From: the human T2T-CHM13v2.0 reference genome, Homo sapiens
Length of the DNA: 64,000 nucleotides
Reading direction: 5' to 3' (one strand)
Assembly (NCBI RefSeq): GCF_009914755.1
Contig: NC_060926.1
How positions within the stretch are numbered: position 1 is the stretch's first letter; each line of letters opens with the position of its first letter. Shown here in pieces: positions 27,951 to 41,946 of the stretch. Under the pieces are notes generated by a model. The model was not told the origin of the DNA, did no database searches, and saw only the letters and a program-made list of their open reading frames with translations. The translations under genes were made by a program, and so were the position numbers.

Positions 27951-28641
27951 GAGCAGTGTAGTGGAATAATCACTATGTGTGGAATAAGAAGGCTCCATTT
28001 TGCATTCTGATTGTGATTGAATGCCCTGAATATTCTTAGGTTAGTCACTTTGCTGGGTCTTCGTTTCCTGACCTGTAAAATGAGATGGCTTCAAGCACCT
28101 TTTCATCTTGTAATGTAGATATTTACAGATTGTTTTCTTTTTCACAAAAGAAGAACATCATCTTTTACACCCAAAGCACATTCCATGCCCAGCAAATAGG
28201 AGTTCAAAACTGACTTTTTTATCCAAATACATCTACGGAGTAATTTTTTTCTAAAGATGAAATAGTCTTAGCAGTATATGCTCTTGGATAATCCACAACT
28301 AATATGTACCTATGGCGAGATATTCATACCCAGCTCAAAAAGTAAATGCAACTCTTAGATGAAAACATAAGGGTAAAATGTTTGTCACCTCGGGTTAGGC
28401 AATGGCTTTATAGATAGGACATTGAAAGCAAAAGTGACAAAAAACAAGTAAATTAGATGACATATAAATTATAAACTTTGTGTTCAAAGTATACTATCAA
28501 GAAAATGAAGAGACAGCACACAGAATGGGAGAAAAAAATTGCAAATCACATATTTGAAAGCGACTTATAGCTAGAATATACAAATAAAGCTTACTGCTCA
28601 ATAATAAAAAGAAAAACAACCCAATTAAAAAATGGGCAGAG

Positions 28642-29195
28642 AAGATATGGAGTCAATCTGAGTGTCCATCAGCAGATGAATGGATAAAGAAAATATGGTA
28701 TAGACACAAAACAGAATACTATTCAGCCATAAAAAAGAATGAAATCTTGTGGCATCATGGATGAGCTGGAAGGACATTATGTCATGTGAAATAAGCCCAG
28801 AAAAGAAAGATGAATACTGTATGTTCTCACTCATATGAAGAAGATAAAAAGTTGATCTCATAGAAGTAGGGTAGAATGGTAACTACTGGAGTCTGGGGTG
28901 GGTAGCAGGGAGAGAGTGATATGGAGAGAATGGTAAAAGAATACAAAATTACAGCTAGATAGGAGGAGTAAGTTCTGGTGTTGTATAGACTATGGAGTAA
29001 ATACAGTTAAAAATAATTTATATTTTCAAATAGCTAGAAGAGAAGATTTTGAATGCTTTGAACACAAAGAAACAATATAAGTTCGAGGTGATTGATATGC
29101 TAGTTACTCTAACTTGATCACTACACATTGTATGTATTGAAATATCACCCCATAAATAGGTAAAATTATTATGTGTCATTTTTTTAAAAAAATTG
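28642..29195 (+). mobile_element. L1MA-like 3' end nested in the older L1
   Basis: GATGAATGGATAAAGAAAATATGG..ACAGCTAGATAGGAGGAGTAAGTTCTGGTG; TSD ATGGGCA(G/A)AG at 28632-28641 and 29196-29205. Confidence 0.85.
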
Positions 29196-29955
29196 ATGGG
29201 CAAAGGATCTAACAAATACTCAATAAGCTCATGAAAAGATGTTCAATATTCTTAGTCATTAGGAAAATGCAATTCCAAACCATAATAAAATACCACTTCA
29301 TACCCACTAGGATAGATATAATAAAAAAGAGAGACAATAACAAGTGTAAGAAAGAATACGGGAAATTATAACCACCATATATTGCTTATAGGAATGTAAA
29401 ATAGTGTAATCATTGATAAACACCTTAGTAGTTTTTCTAAATGTTAAACATAGAGTTACTATATGACCCAGAAATTCCACTTTTAGTTATAAACTCGAGA
29501 AATAAAGACAGATATCCAAACAAACGCTTGCACATGAATATTCTTAGCATCATTTATAATAATTAAAAAATGGAAACAGCTCAAATATTCATCAATTTGT
29601 GAATGGATAAACAAAATATGATATATTCCCTATAATGAAATATTATTTGGCAATAAAGAGGAAGGAGTACTTAATGCATGCTACCTACAGCATGAATAAA
29701 CCTTGTAAACATTATGCAAAGTGAAAAAAGACAGTAAAAAAAAAGAAACATATTATATGATTCCCATTTATATGAAATATCCAAAATAGGCAAATCTATA
29801 AAGGTGAAGGAGCTATTGGGGGTTACCTAGGACTCAAGGAGTGTGGCAATGGAGAGTGATTGCTAATGGGTACAGGGATTTTATTCAGAGTAATGAATGT
29901 GTTCGAAAATGATAGTTGTACTACCTTGAGAATATATACAAACCATTGAATTGTA

Positions 29956-30073
29956 TTCTTTTTTCCTTTATATTTTAGGCTCAGAGGGTATATGTGCAGG
30001 CTTGTTACATGGGTGTATTGTGCAATGCTGAAGATTGGGCTTTTAATGATTCTATTGCCCAAGTAGGGAACAT
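29956..30073 (-). mobile_element. Short L1PA/PB-like 3' end, nested in opposite orientation
   Basis: GGGTATATGTGCAGGCTTGTTACATGGGTGTATTGTG; TSD ATTGAATTGTA at 29945-29955 and 30074-30084. Confidence 0.85.
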
Positions 30074-30894
30074 ATTGAATTGTACACTTTAAGTGAGTGT
30101 TCTCATGAAGTGTACGGGTATAGCTTAGTAAAGCTGTTTTTAAAAAAGTAAATGCCAAAAGGCCATGTGTATCTAAGGAAAGACTTAATGCTGATCATTT
30201 AGTCTTCTCTCTCACCTCTCCTGCCTTCTTTAGTTAAGAGACAGATGATATTCACATTGTAAAACAAAACACATCGACCAAAGAACCTGCCTAGCTAACA
30301 CAGCATATCATGCATGTAAACTCTGAATTACTCCTTCAGTTGGATACATTATTTCATATTCAACAACAAATTAATTCTATTTTATATATATAGAACTGCT
30401 TTGATTTGAAAAACATACATTTTTCTTGAAATTTATTTTCAACAACTAATTTTTAATTCATGCACAAAATATTGTCTTTCCTTTGATAAATAAATTTAAG
30501 TTTATAAAAATAACCATTGTACATAGTTGAGGGAAAAGATCTATATACATACTTAGAAAATTTCCCTTAATTTTAGATAGGATCTATAATTGTTTATCTT
30601 TTTCTCCTGTCAGTGATTTCACTTTACAGATTTTAATTTCTTATAGGAGTGGAGCACTGACAATTTACAAACAAAAATGTAGATATTTTATTATATTTGT
30701 GATTTCTGATATTTTAATTGTGTTATTACAAATAGAAACATCAAAAATACAAGAGAAATATTAGCAAGAAAAAATGTTGAACTTTGGTTTATTCTTGGAA
30801 CTTGACCTAGGTTAGAAATTTTACATCCTAACTATACTCCTTCTATGGAGCTATTACATGGTGAAAGAAAACTAAAGATGGAAAAAAGAAATCA

Positions 30895-30984
30895 AGGAAA
30901 GAAGGAAGGAAGAAAGGAAGAAGGGAAGGAAGGAAGAAAGGAAGAAGGGAAAGAAGGAAGGAAGGCAGGAAGGAAGGAGAGAAA
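30895..30984. repeat. (GGAA)n-like purine-rich simple repeat
   Basis: Read directly; imperfect GAAG/GGAA units. Confidence 0.9.
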
Positions 30985-31376
30985 TCAATATGTGTATCTC
31001 AGGTAAATGCACACTTTAAAAATTGTTATTTTTATTAAAAGTAAATAAAATGTTGATATACTAAAATTTGTTTCTCTGGTGTGTCTCAATTTCTTACAAA
31101 TACTAGATATAACTCCATCTTAGTACCTTTTACTATATTAATACATTCATTCATTCAAACATTTATTTAAAACCTCATATGTTCCAAAAGTTATATTAAG
31201 TTCTAGGGATCCAGAAATGCTAAAAATTTCTGTTTTCAGAGATACTTAAAACTTTGTAGGAGTAGAATGATATGTACAAATATGAGTAATAAAGTATTAT
31301 AGGTACTCAATTAAATTTTATGTGTCTAATTGATCAGCTGGAATGATGCATTTTACATGGAGGAAGTATGTTTGTG

Positions 31377-31414
31377 AGTGTGTGTGTGTGTGTATGTGAG
31401 AGAGAGAGAGAGAG
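31377..31414. repeat. Compound (GT)n(GA)n microsatellite
   Basis: Read directly from the sequence. Confidence 0.9.
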
Positions 31415-31840
31415 ACATCTACGTAGAGAATATGATACTTTTCTGGAGTGTGGACATACCAGGTGCTTGAGAGATGCAGGATACATGAGATGAGAGATGA
31501 GGCTTTCCAGTAAGACAGAAAAGCAGATTAATGGTACTTTCTGTTGTACTGAGGAGTTTTGATTTAATGCTCTAGGATAGATATTTTCATTTTGAATATC
31601 TACTCTGATTTGCTGGTAGTGGCAGCCAGAACTGCTACACTGAGCAATGTTAAAGTTAATCTAGTCCAGTGAATCAGAAAGAGTCTCCTGAGTCATTAAC
31701 GATGTCTGCCATGGCAGCATCCTGAGAAGGAATGGCATGTATTCCATATATTTGCTAATGCTGTTGCATAAAATGAATAATAATTGTAGGAAAATTATGC
31801 AGTAGAGCCATATGACAAAATTTTCATTTTAGAAACATGA

Positions 31841-32130
31841 AATATGATGGTATTTGGAGGTGGGGCTTTTGGGAGATAATTGGGTTTAGACGAAGTGATG
31901 GGATTAACATCCTTATGAAAAGAGAAAGAAAGAGATAGGCAATCTCTCTCTGCATGCACCAAGGAGAGACCATGTGAAGATACAACCCGGAAGAGGGCCC
32001 TCACCAAGAATCCAACCATGCTGGCACCCTAATTTCAGACTTCCATGCTCCAGAAATGTAAAAAATAAATGTTTGTTGTTTTACCCACCAAGTCTATGGC
32101 AATTTGTTACAGAAGCCTTAAACTGGTATG
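31841..32130 (+). mobile_element. MLT1A-like LTR, 5'-truncated (approximate)
   Basis: GTATTTGGAGGTGGGGCTTTTGGGAG..GGGCCCTCACCAAGAATCCAACCATGCTGGCACCCT..AATAAATGTTTGTTG. Confidence 0.85.
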
Positions 32131-33914
32131 ATGCAGAAAAATATTTAAAAGAGTTATTTTAAAAGGTTTCGTGTATAAGGATGTGAGAGCTTGGCAAGTG
32201 CAAGTAAAGTAAATGGATTCCTGAAATTCACTCATGGGTATCTGAGTGGGTTCCAATCACTACTATAGAGAATACCATAGAATAAAATGGGTGGTGGGGA
32301 AATACCTGAGTGCAGTTCTCACATCTTGAAGAAAAAATTGTCCAGGAGGGTTTTTCTGCACAGTTCTGTAGATCAGCAAAGGAGGGCCTTGAAATAGAAG
32401 TTTCACGCCCATCGTCATAGGACACATTTGCAGTTAAAGAAAGGTGACATTTTGTTTGGAAAGGCAGTATGTGCTAAAACATGTATTGGAATTGAATTAT
32501 AACATATTTCAAAACATTCGTGTTTAAGGAATTCAAAGTTAGTAACAAGGTGAACTGGATAAAGGGCAGAGTTTGCTAGGTACAAGGAACTAAAAGTACA
32601 AAGGCATGGGTACAGAAGTGAGTGCAGCTGTGTAACTAGAGGTAAAAGGACAGGCCTGTGAGAAGCTTGAGGTCTCTGGGGAAATTAATAAGTGGAAACC
32701 TGGAAATGTGACTTCAGTCATTTACTAGACAAAGTACCATGAACTGCTGTAATTTTACACATACCAAACGCAGCTTATTTTTAATCATTTACTCCTCTGA
32801 CTAAGTCTGGGTTATAATTTAAAAATAGATCTTCCAGTGTAAAAGAAGTTGCACAGGAAGGAGATCCTTGCTGAATTAAGCTGTGCTTAAGTGAGAACTG
32901 CCGCTTAAGAACAACACGTTCCCTGTGAAAAAAGATGGCAAATCCATTTCAGTGAGCCTAACCTTTACCAAGTGCTATTATCAACTCAATTGTATGTTTT
33001 TTCCTGTTTCACAAACATGTTCCCAAAAGACTTTTAAAATAGCTTTCTTTCCTGCTAAATTGTTGTGCCAAGCACTTTTTCTGATTTGCACCCTTAACTG
33101 GACCAGGATGTGTTAAAAAAAAATGCCCCGTCATGCTTGACAGAGTTTAATAGACCTTAAGAACAACAGCGAAACATTTTCCTAATGTGACTGTCCCTCC
33201 CTCACCGAATCTTAAGATGGTGCATTTTTATCAAAATATAAAATACCCTGAAGAAACTAAAGAAGCAATAGTGTCTTAAAAAGTTACTCTATTAAATAAA
33301 AACATCTAGTGAAAAATCTGTCCACCAAAGTAAGATTTTGTTTTCCTAACAAAGAGAAAAATGTCACTACAGAAAATAAAGTTTTTTATAAAAGTTCAAA
33401 TCATCTAAAAAATTAATGATATGAAATGGTTCCCTAGGTATCTTATAAACACTTTTATTTATTTTTTTTTTTTGTAGAAAACACAACCATAACATCCTGG
33501 GGTCTATCTTGGTCATTTCAAAATGAATCCCATGCACTGCTGGAGTATTTTTCTCAAACTGCAGCTTGGCTCGTAGTTTACCGTGTGTGTCTGTCTTTCC
33601 AGTGAGGAGTTTCCTTACTAAATTCTTTCTGAGCTGCAATAACAATGGCAATCTCAAAAGAAAAAAAAAAGACGACGAAAGTAAGTAAAAAAGAAACAGC
33701 ATCTGATGGACACTGGTGGAGGCTATGGCTAGAAAACTCACATGAATGAGGCTTTCTGGAGCAGGAGTCAGTATGGGTATCTGAATAGTATGCTGCTTTA
33801 GACAGCAGATAACAACAATGAAAAATAATAGCAGTAGGGACTTGTACCAGAGGAAAAAAAAGATAGAGCAGTAGGAAGCGAGACACAGGGCAGAGAGCAC
33901 AGGTTTCACACGGA

Positions 33915-34130
33915 ACGACTCTGAGTTTGGATACTAGGGTTTGGATACCAGCTGTGGAACTGCAGTATTTCCTAACTGGAATGCAGGCAGAAACCTAACC
34001 TGTAAGCTTTACCTTCTGTAGCTCTAAGATGGGGAAATACATGTCTCATAAGTATATTGTGGGGGTTAAATGTAATAACCCACACAATTCCATATCACAA
34101 GGACTAGGAAGTGATAACTGCTAAGTAAGT
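33915..34130 (+). mobile_element. MIR (approximate, degenerate)
   Basis: TAAGATGGGGAAATAC..TTGTGGGGGTTAAATGTAATAA core-like segment. Confidence 0.55.
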
Positions 34131-34915
34131 GGTGGTCTCTCCCCTGCAGCAGAAATGGAATGTCTTGGTTTGGTTTAATTGGCCTCAGTTAGAAGACTTA
34201 TAATTTTGAGTAAAATTATATGTGAACATTTAACAATGCCAACTTTCCCAGCTTTCTGTAAAGGAGGCTTTGTGAGCTCATGAACACATGGTAGGATTTT
34301 AACATATTTTAGCGTGAATAAGGATGGGCACTGTCTCCAAAATCACTTGTTTTCTCACCAATACTAATTGTCTCTGTATGCATAACACTCTGCTTTGTTA
34401 CGGAGTACCTTTTAAATATATATTAACCTTCCCTTCTAAGAGTGGTAATAAACACCAGTGTTAAAGTCTCATCTTTTCTCATCATCCCGAGGACAGTATT
34501 GTTAAGGAGGTGAAGACATTTATGTCTTGTCACAAACACAGACTCTAAAATGACTTGTGTATTTGCATTATTACTCTTGATTTGTATTTGTTTCATCAAT
34601 TCCTAGAGGAAGAGCAAAACCAGTGAAACTGAAGGTGTGGGATTCATTACCTGGAATTAGCACTCGGTTATTAGTTGGAGATAAATTTGTGCAAGGAGAT
34701 AAAATGCAGACGGCTGAAACAGTAAGAAAGAAAAGCTTGCAGCCAGCAATTAAGCTTAGCAGAAAGTTTGTTAGTTTGGAGGAATGGCTGCTGTGTTCCT
34801 GAGATACTTAGTATGCAATAACTAGGGAAATCACTTAAGAAGTTTTGTCCTTATGAAGTACTTCCATTGGACTATTTAAGTCCTGTGTGTGTATACCTGT
34901 GTTGTCTGTATGTAG

Positions 34916-34918
<3 letters not shown>

Positions 34919-34948
<30 letters not shown>
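34919..34948. repeat. (TG)15 microsatellite
   Basis: Read directly from the sequence. Confidence 0.95.
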
Positions 34949-34949
<1 letters not shown>

Positions 34950-37900
34950 ATTCACATGTGCATATGTTTTAACCATTTGGGACAAACCAATGTTGTGTCT
35001 GTTAATATAAAATAGTACCAGTGTGGGGCTCTGAAGCAGTTGGGCTTTATCACCTCACTCAGAATGACTTGTCAAAACTTGACACCAGACCACCAAACCA
35101 CCATTCCCAACCAACACAAAACAAACCAAACCAAACACAACCAAAAAAAAAAAAACACAAATCTGATATGTTGTATGTGAAAAACATCAGTTCATCATCT
35201 AAAATTATTGTTTAAGCTCAAGAGCAACTCAAATAATTTCTTGGCTGTAATATTGCATATATTTTGTTTTAACTCTATTTTATAAAAATTATTTGTAAGC
35301 AAACGTGTTCCTTGAAAAAATGGAAGTAAATGTACTAGTGTAAATGTACAGAATATTCAATACACATGTCAAATTTAAATTTCTACTAAAATCGTCATCA
35401 TAAAACATATCTTAGGTGAATTCTGTCTCTGCAAATGTAGAACACCAGTTGCTAAGAAAAAGGGAAAGGCAAATAAATAAAGAAAATAAAAGAAAAGGAA
35501 GCATTGAGAAGTCTAACTGTATATTTTTATTTTTATCTATTTTTATCTATGTATATGTTATTTTTATCTATGGTCTTTGTAACTAACCATTCCTGGTAAT
35601 GCTGTGGTTGGTACTCAAAATAAAGATCCAATAATTGTTAGAAAAAAGATGTGGTTTGGTCACTTTTTGCTGTGTACATATGAGAAAGAGACAGAGACAG
35701 AGAAAGAAAAAGAAGACAGAAGGACAGTCTTACTTGGTTTATTTCCTACTAGAATAGGAGTGATGGAATCAACATTATTAAGTACACACAAATTAAAAAC
35801 TGAAAAATCTTTTAGATGTATGCAGAACAGAATTTTGGAAAAAATGGAGCTATTTTGTACAATAACGCTAGTAGTGTTTGTGAAGTCTACCATCTATCTT
35901 TTTAGGACTTAACTATCATTCCCAAAAAACCTTATTTGAACTCATAACTTCTTTAGTTTCGCTCCACCTTATGCCTACAGCACAAATAGGCTGAATGTGC
36001 CTTTTGTATGTGCCTTCTAACAGCACACTATCACACTAGATAAAGTTAGGTCTGTTTTTGTTTTGTTTTCTTTTTTATCTTCCCCACTAAAGGTAAAAGC
36101 TATTTGAGGGCATTGCCTTTTTAATCATTGGGATTCCCCAAGGTATTGTCTGGTATTCATTAATCTTCATAAAGTTTTTTAATGAATAAATACATGAAAT
36201 AATTATCCATTACAAATATGCATCCATAGTGATGATAATTAACATTGTTTTATACTTTACGAAGTCTGATCACAGTAAAACCCACATATATTTAGGGAGA
36301 ATAAAGACTGGTTAAGATAATTTGTTTTGTCTGTTTGTAAAGTAAATAAGGAAAAGCACTTGAACTACTCAAAGGAAGTGTTTTCTCACATTTTTGAAGA
36401 AAACAAGCAAAAAAATAGTAGGCAATAATAATATTGTGGCAGTTAAAATGGGAACATTGTAAACAATTTCAAATGAATTATTTCTTTTAATTCAGAAATA
36501 ATGCATATTCAAAATTTTAGTAGTGCATTTTCGCCTATTAATCTTAGAAATTTGTGCTGACATTGACTTTTATATTACGAGAGAAAAACTTCAATTTTAA
36601 TAATACAAGAATGAAAAGTCTTTGGGCATAAGGTAAGGACTGCTGTGCAGTGAAAGATAAATATACAAAGCATTGACACTAAATCTTTCTTTAGCAACAA
36701 GTACATATTTAGGTAACATATTGCATTTAAAAAATTCAAATAGCACTACATTGAATATGAATAAATCCAGGTTCTAATTTTAACTAAACCTGGGGATTAC
36801 AGAGGAGACTGAAGTGAGGCTGGTTCCAGCAGCAACAGGTGTGATTCTAAGACTTGTTTTGCATGGTGCATTAAGCTTTGCTAATGTTCCCACCTCTATA
36901 TGTTAACTTTGTTTCTGACACTAAGCAAACTCTACATAGTTTGAGCAAAATCACACCATTTATCTTTTGGTGGCCTCAGATTATTTTTATTTAATTTGTA
37001 AAATAAGATACTAGACTAGATTCTCAAGGTCCTTTTTGTTCTTTAATTCTATCATTCTGAGGGAAAAAATGTCATTACTATTACATCCAAGACATATATA
37101 TTAATATAAATACATTAAGTATTGAAAGCCAAAGTTAAAAAAATAGAAAACCTTTTCTGGTTAATTTACTTCAGATATACGTGAAACAAAATATTACAGT
37201 TTGCAACACAGTGCTATTTTCATGTTTATTTATATATTTATGAAACATTTTTGGATTTTGTTTTCAGCTAGGGTGAGGTTTTTCTTTCTCCTTCCAATCC
37301 CTTATTAATAAATGAATAGGGCAACATTCTCAGAAGCATGACAGTATATATTAAAGTTTATTTAAAACATTATTGAGAAATAGAGAATCTAGAAATAAAA
37401 CCCAATGATGTTTAATATGATGTTCATAAAATTATATTATGTACTACATATCTTTCCTTTAAAACATTACGATGATACAGAAGCCTAAATGCCTATTGCA
37501 GAAATAAATAAATGTATTTACTCTAACCTTGTGCTAGAGTCCTCTGTTCTGTACAGAAATTAATAGTAAATAATAAAACCCCCTTCTATGGCTGGTTTTG
37601 TTTTTGCTCTTGGGATAACTAAGGATTTTAATTTTATTGTAATTTATGTACAAATTCTCACATCTCAGAAAACCTACCAGGAAAATTTTAATGAAATAAA
37701 TTAAGTAATTTAATAACTGTACAGTGGAGATAATTATATTCCAGCCAGAGTTAAAAAATAGCTACACCAAGAAAAATAATATTTATAAATGCAGTTTTTT
37801 AATCATTTTTATTCCATTCTCCTTTTCTCTGTGCTTTCTATAGTCACATTGTGCTGTATAATATTTTATAGAAATATAGAACTTGCTTTTTCCTAAAAAT

Positions 37901-38502
37901 AAGTAGCAATTACATTTTAAAGGGAGCATGAATAAATTAATTCAGAGCACATAAAATGTTCACAACTACTCTTGGTTAGAAGTCTGAAGTCTTTCCTTCT
38001 TCTTCCCTTTCTTTCTTCCAACACTGTAACAGTCCTTGTGAGCTTTTTGTAAAGAAATCTTTTACATGTGAATGCAGTTAATTGACTCCCTTTACCAAAT
38101 AATGATGGATAATAGCCTTGGTCTCCCTGGGAAAGTGTTTACAACATCAAGTCATTTTTTTTCTCCTTCCACTGGGTCAGCCTTTCAAATATATTTGCTT
38201 TGATTCGGGGAATAACCTTAGTAGGGTGTCAGGATTTCTCTCTGGATCAATAAAGGAAACGTTATTAAGATCTAAACATCTGTCAGAAGATATTTATGAA
38301 ATACTTATTTTCTGATATTTTCTTTCTAAAATACTAGGCTCAAATAACTGTAGGCAAAAGAAATTTGGTACAAAATATTTGAGTTTATAGAAATGTAAGT
38401 TTAGTGCCATGACTGCATACACCATTGAAGACAGCAACTGTCCAAAGCATAACCTGCAGTGAAATTATTAAATGTCATGCTGTACCTTGGAAAAGTTTAA
38501 CT

Positions 38503-39250
38503 TTATTCACACATTCAACAAATGCTTATTGAGCCACTGGTATGTGCCTAACACTTGGCTGGGTGTTGGGAAAATAATGGTGAATAAAAGATTAGATGCA
38601 GGCCCTTGTGAAACTATAATAGGGGAGACAGGTATTAATCAAATATTCATACAAATTCAAAATGACAAGATAGTCCTATGAAGGAAGAAGATGACCTAAT
38701 CTGGAGCATTAAGGATGGTTCCCCAGAGGAAATGGTATTTTACTCACTTGATATCTGAAATTTGAGTCCTCATCGACTAGGGAAAGACTGGAGGTGGGAC
38801 AAGGAGAGTGATTTGGAGGGATGAGAAAAACATAAGCAAATGCCTTCTATGGAAAGGAATGGAGGGCAGAAGGCAAGGGAGAGAGCTGTGTCAGGTGAGG
38901 CTGTGGAAGATGCAGGGACCACACTAAGCAGGGAGTTTGATGACTTGTTAAAGACTCTGGCCTTTGTCTTATTACACTGGCAAACCTGTGTTTTCAGTAG
39001 CTGACCAGAAAATAGGTGGTTTAGCACTGAGCAACAAAAATCAGAGAGAAATGGGTTAAGAAGTGAGGGTGAAAACAAGAATAAGGAGTTCCTTTGAGAT
39101 TTTGGTTTTGTAAAGTCAGAAAATGGGGTATAGTGGTGGATGTGGGAGAATCTGTAGGGTAGAAAGAAGAGTTTTGTTTTTGAATGAGAGTGACATGAAC
39201 ATTTTAAAATATTAATGGGGGATCCATTTGAGTGGAAGAGTTTCAATGTA
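38503..39250 (-). mobile_element. L2 fragment (approximate)
   Basis: CATTCAACAAATGCTTATTGAGCCACTGGTATGTGCC (L2 3' end) followed by purine-rich L2 body. Confidence 0.75.
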
Positions 39251-40692
39251 TTAAAAGACATCACAGATATTCAATTTTTTACCAAATTGGAGGAAATGAG
39301 GTACAAGGCAGCAATGGCAATCTGTTTTACAGAAGAGAAGAGATATCTGCCCTACTTCACAAGTTGAGAAAGAAAGAAAAAAAAAAGGACACTGATTCTG
39401 ATAGGCTTATAGGTGTGGAAATATGCAGGTGAGGGAGCTGTATTCTGTAAACCTCTTGTTTTGAAGCACTGGCTGTTGAGAGAGAAGGGAAATATGAAGT
39501 GGGTGTTAGGGTTTTGTAGAAAGAACAGAAGGTTTGAAAGCCTGTTTTAGACAGTGGAGGAAAGTATTGACTAAACCAAGTAGGATTTCTTTGCAGGGAA
39601 TAAACTGGTTTGAGCTAAGTTTAAAGTTTGCTGGTGGGTGGGTGTAACATCAGTTCCACAGCCCACAGGGGAAGAATGTTAAGGATGAAGAAGAGCTGAA
39701 GGTGGGATCAGGGGATCATGAGGTACTATGGCTCAAGACAGAGGTGCATGTGGGCCTTGATAATCTGTGCCTTTGTACTTTGGGATGAGAGCATGGTTGA
39801 GGTAGTCTCAAGAGGCTCAAAGTGTGTGTGTGTGTTGGTGTCGGGGCAGGGGGCGGGGAGAGGTAGGTGGGGCCACAGGATTTAATGGGATTTAAATATT
39901 TTATCTAGTGCATTATCCTTCCGACTTTTATATAAAAGAATAAATAAAAGACTCATTATTTTGTCTGGTGGGTGACAGAAGAAGGAATTGCATGAAATAA
40001 AAATCAACTTCAATTACTCATGAAAGCTTTAATAGTTGGAAACCTTGCTAAACAAATTTTCTCTTTTAAATGGTACCCTTTTTACTTCTTGAATTCAGAT
40101 CTCCCTAGAAATACTGAAAGAAATGTACTGAAAGCACATGGAGAAAAAAGACAGTTGAGGTAATCTTAAAAAAATTAATATAAACTCTATCAAAAGTTGT
40201 AATAACTTAACATTATGTAATATCTCTATATAACTATAAATAAGACTACTGTAAATACTACTAAATTGATTCTTGTTCATGAGTGTATGTACTAACCATG
40301 CTGATAACATTATCTGCTACACCTAAAGAGTTTTTAGGTGAAACAGCCTCACACATTGCTATAGTTGTTTAGTCAAGCAGATCCCGTATCCAACAGCAGC
40401 AATATATAAGGTAGCAAATGACCCATGGTATGATTTAGTGTTACAAGGATGAATTTGAGCCAGTTTAAATCTCTTTCAAAATTTTAACTGAGAAAAAAAA
40501 ATTATTTAGTGATGGATCATGAAATGGGATACCTAGATAAATGCTAAGATGTAGAATCGGTGTCAAAACATAGGATAAAGGATACAGAATCAGGGCCATT
40601 AAATATTATGAGGTATTGTGACAGAGACAGGAGAAGCAGATAGAAGGATAAGCCAGGGAAGTAGGGGGTGTAGTAAAAAGAATTACATCCTG

Positions 40693-40953
40693 CCTGTAAT
40701 CCCAGAACTTTGGGAGGCTGAGGCGGGCGGATCACGAGGTCAGGAGATCGAGACCAGCCTGGCCAATATGGTGAAACCCCATCTCCACTAAAAATACAAA
40801 AAATTAGCCAGGCGTGGTGGCGGGTGCCTGTAGTCACAGCTACTCGGGAGGCTGAGGCAGGAGAATGGCGTGAACCTGGGAGGCGGAGCTTGCAGACTGC
40901 ACTCCAGCCTGGGCGACAGAGCGAGACTCTGTCTCAAAAAAAAAAAAAAAAAA
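40693..40953 (+). mobile_element. AluY-like, missing its first ~20 bp, with a ~17-bp right-arm deletion
   Basis: TSD AAAAAGAATTACATCCTG on both sides; GCTTGCAG joins ACTGCACTCC directly. Confidence 0.93.
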
Positions 40954-41828
40954 AAAAAGAATTACATCCTGTGTGCAGAGAAAGAATTAGCACCTTTCTA
41001 ACGAGAGGCATTAAGGACAGAGATGCAGAGGAGGAACAGGGATCTGGGACAGTAATGGCACAGGTTTAATGGGAGTGAAGTTACTGAGAAGGTCTGCCTG
41101 CATCCTTCCAGTTTTAGAATTGAGTTTCAGTCTGCGTGAGATACTGCTCTAAATCTTTCCTGATTTTCAGAAACATTCTTACATTTCCTATTTCCACTAG
41201 TCAGGATAGCTTGAACGGGTGTCATTTCTTAAAATCCATAGTCTGTGTGGAATGTTCATTATTTTTCTCTTGAAGTGGCCCAAAGACAAGAGAAATGATC
41301 CACAGGGTAGACTTGGAACTGAGTACTGAAAAGGGGGCTCAAGAGCATGGGCTCCAGTCTCATTATGGCATCTGACTTGGGCAACCTTTGCAAATTCGCT
41401 TATCTCTCTGACTCTTTTCTTTCCTCATCTATGAAGTTAAATATTTAAGCGAAATGATTTCTGTCTCCCTCTAATTCTAACTCTTTCTGGTTTCACACGG
41501 AAAATCTGTTTATTGTATTAAGCAGATCTTCATAAAATATATGCCTGTATCTGGAATTTAAATCATAGACTATTATCTGAATTATTCAAGCTAAGGGCAG
41601 CCTCTGCTTGACATACTATTTTAAAACTTTTTAAAAAAATAGCAGGTGGAAGATACAAGTGTGAAGAGTGAGAGTTGAATCAAGCCTCAAGGCCTTAAGG
41701 CTTAATCTAATACAAAATGGAATATTTAAATACTGTAAATGGCTTTCAGGTTTTAAAGCCTAGGACATCTCAAAATATTTGTCCTTTGGTGACTAATTCC
41801 ACATATATCAATAACTAATTAGTTTTTA

Positions 41829-41946
41829 TTGATTGTTTTCTCTCAACTGGTCCTATTATAGTTACTATGGATCATAAATATGCTTTGTTGATTGTTTTCT
41901 CTCAACTAGTACTATTAGAGTTGCTATGGATCATAAATATGCTTTG
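41829..41946. repeat. 59-bp tandem duplication, 2 copies
   Basis: 41829-41887 versus 41888-41946, with 4 substitutions. Confidence 0.95.

Larger units (their letters stand above)
28341..30147 (+). mobile_element. L1MB-like 3' fragment interrupted by two younger L1 insertions
   Basis: ORF2 3' motifs (AACAACCCAATTAAAAAATGGGCA, GAAAATGCAATTCCAAACCA, ATATGACCCAGAAATTCCAC, AATGGATAAACAAAAT) resume after each insert. Confidence 0.88.

Noticed and set aside
33367-33909. 180-aa minus-strand ORF
   Set aside because: F/L-rich composition derives from T-tracts; no domain recognised; most likely chance.
38770-39264. 164-aa minus-strand ORF
   Set aside because: Lies within a degenerate L2 element; no recognisable intact RT motifs.
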